A stretch of DNA of 27,179 nucleotides, from positions 1 through 27,179 of the forward strand of contig JAWAQK010000033.1 in assembly GCA_038893995.1 (NCBI GenBank), given 5' to 3'. Each line of letters opens with the position of its first letter. Position 1 is the first letter of the stretch. The notes beneath the pieces are model-generated. The model had not been told where the DNA came from. It ran no database searches and was given only the letters and a program-made list of their open reading frames with translations. Shown here one piece after another: positions 26,444 to 27,179 of the stretch. This DNA comes from Candidatus Thorarchaeota archaeon. Its GTDB lineage: Archaea > Asgardarchaeota > Thorarchaeia > Thorarchaeales > Thorarchaeaceae. The position numbers were made by a program, and so were the translations under genes.

Positions 26444-26549
26444 TGCAGAAACGCCCTGCGTGTGTTCGAGATGTCTGCCTAATTAAGGATGTCAGCAGAC
26501 ATGACCATAATCCAGATGAGCCAGTATCTCACCACCATGGCTGGGAGAA

Positions 26550-27179
26550 ATGAAACCAGATCTTCTCATCACACACATAGGGCAGCTCGCAACTGTTGCA
26601 GGTAACAGCAACTCTCCCAAGACAGGAGAGTCCATGAAGGACATTGGCATCATCGAGGATGCCGCTGTGGCAATAGAAGACGGAAGGATAACAGCAGTTG
26701 GAACTACTCGAGATGTACTCAACCAGTTGACTGCAGAACCGGTGAGTGAGCTGACTTTCGCCGGAAGATTTGCAATGCCCGGATTTGTGGATAGTCACAC
26801 TCACGTCGTGTTCGCAGGATCTCGTGAGAACGATTTCATCATGAAACTCGCAGGGAAGACATACATGGATATCCTAGAGGCGGGGGGAGGTATACTCAGC
26901 ACTGTTCGGGCAACCAGAAGGGCGACATTGGAGGAACTCCGAAGTAGCACGTTCTCGGGTCTTCTGAGCATGCTCGAACACGGTACTACCTGTGTCGAGG
27001 GCAAGAGCGGCTACGGTCTCAATACGAGAGATGAGATCAAGATGCTCGTGGCACTGGACGAAGCCTCCGAGAAAGTCCCCATGGAGGTAGTGTCTACGTT
27101 CATGGGAGCGCACATGGTCCCTCCTGAGTATGAGGGACGTACGGACGACTACGTAGATTTAGTCGTCAGCGAGATGATC
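26550..27179 (+). CDS. hutI: Imidazolonepropionase (partial; runs off the window end, absent from the ORF track)
   Basis: Manual translation from ATG 26550 (SD GGGAG): MKPDLLITHIGQLAT...MPGFVDSHTHVVFAGSRENDF...GGGILSTVRATR...GTTCVEGKSGYGL...TFMGAH. Confidence 0.93.
   Translation, partial: MKPDLLITHIGQLATVAGNSNSPKTGESMKDIGIIEDAAVAIEDGRITAVGTTRDVLNQLTAEPVSELTFAGRFAMPGFVDSHTHVVFAGSRENDFIMKLAGKTYMDILEAGGGILSTVRATRRATLEELRSSTFSGLLSMLEHGTTCVEGKSGYGLNTRDEIKMLVALDEASEKVPMEVVSTFMGAHMVPPEYEGRTDDYVDLVVSEMI

Noticed and set aside
26492-27113. Four short minus-strand ORFs at the window end
   Set aside because: They are antisense to the hutI reading frame that starts at 26550.
1-27179. CRISPR array, cas genes, transposase or integrase (including at the tRNA-Ser 3' end)
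   Set aside because: No regularly spaced repeats, no recognisable recombinase or transposase motifs, and no duplicated tRNA 3' end were seen by eye.

Overview
Gene-dense archaeal chromosomal window, most likely from an Asgard archaeon (probably Thorarchaeia). This is inferred from a eukaryote-like actin, a two-domain gelsolin, archaeal informational genes and a tRNA with an archaeal-type intron. Left part: nth, an RNase P RNA gene hidden under spurious ORFs, tsr3, a Cys-rich zinc finger, tiaS, rps13-rps4-rps11 (no rpoD), tRNA-Ser(GGA) with a 24-nt intron, asparaginase, RNase Z, two regulators, ITPase, an LLM oxidoreductase and an M20 hydrolase. Centre: gelsolin > < degenerate MCM-like protein < actin, then a divergent wHTH/CARF-like regulator coupled to a Mini-III-type RNase III, converging on an HD dNTPase-like gene, a miniature primase-large-subunit Fe-S-like protein, and a signal-less FG-GAP-type beta-propeller. 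Right part: CDP-alcohol transferase plus nucleotidyltransferase, TsaC/Sua5, THUMP, Cgi121, a purine PRTase and a partial hutI. The most novel-looking elements are the apparently inactive MCM paralogue between actin and gelsolin, and the wHTH-CARF/RNase III/HD/PriL-like block divergent from actin. All assignments come from reading motifs by eye; no database searches were run.
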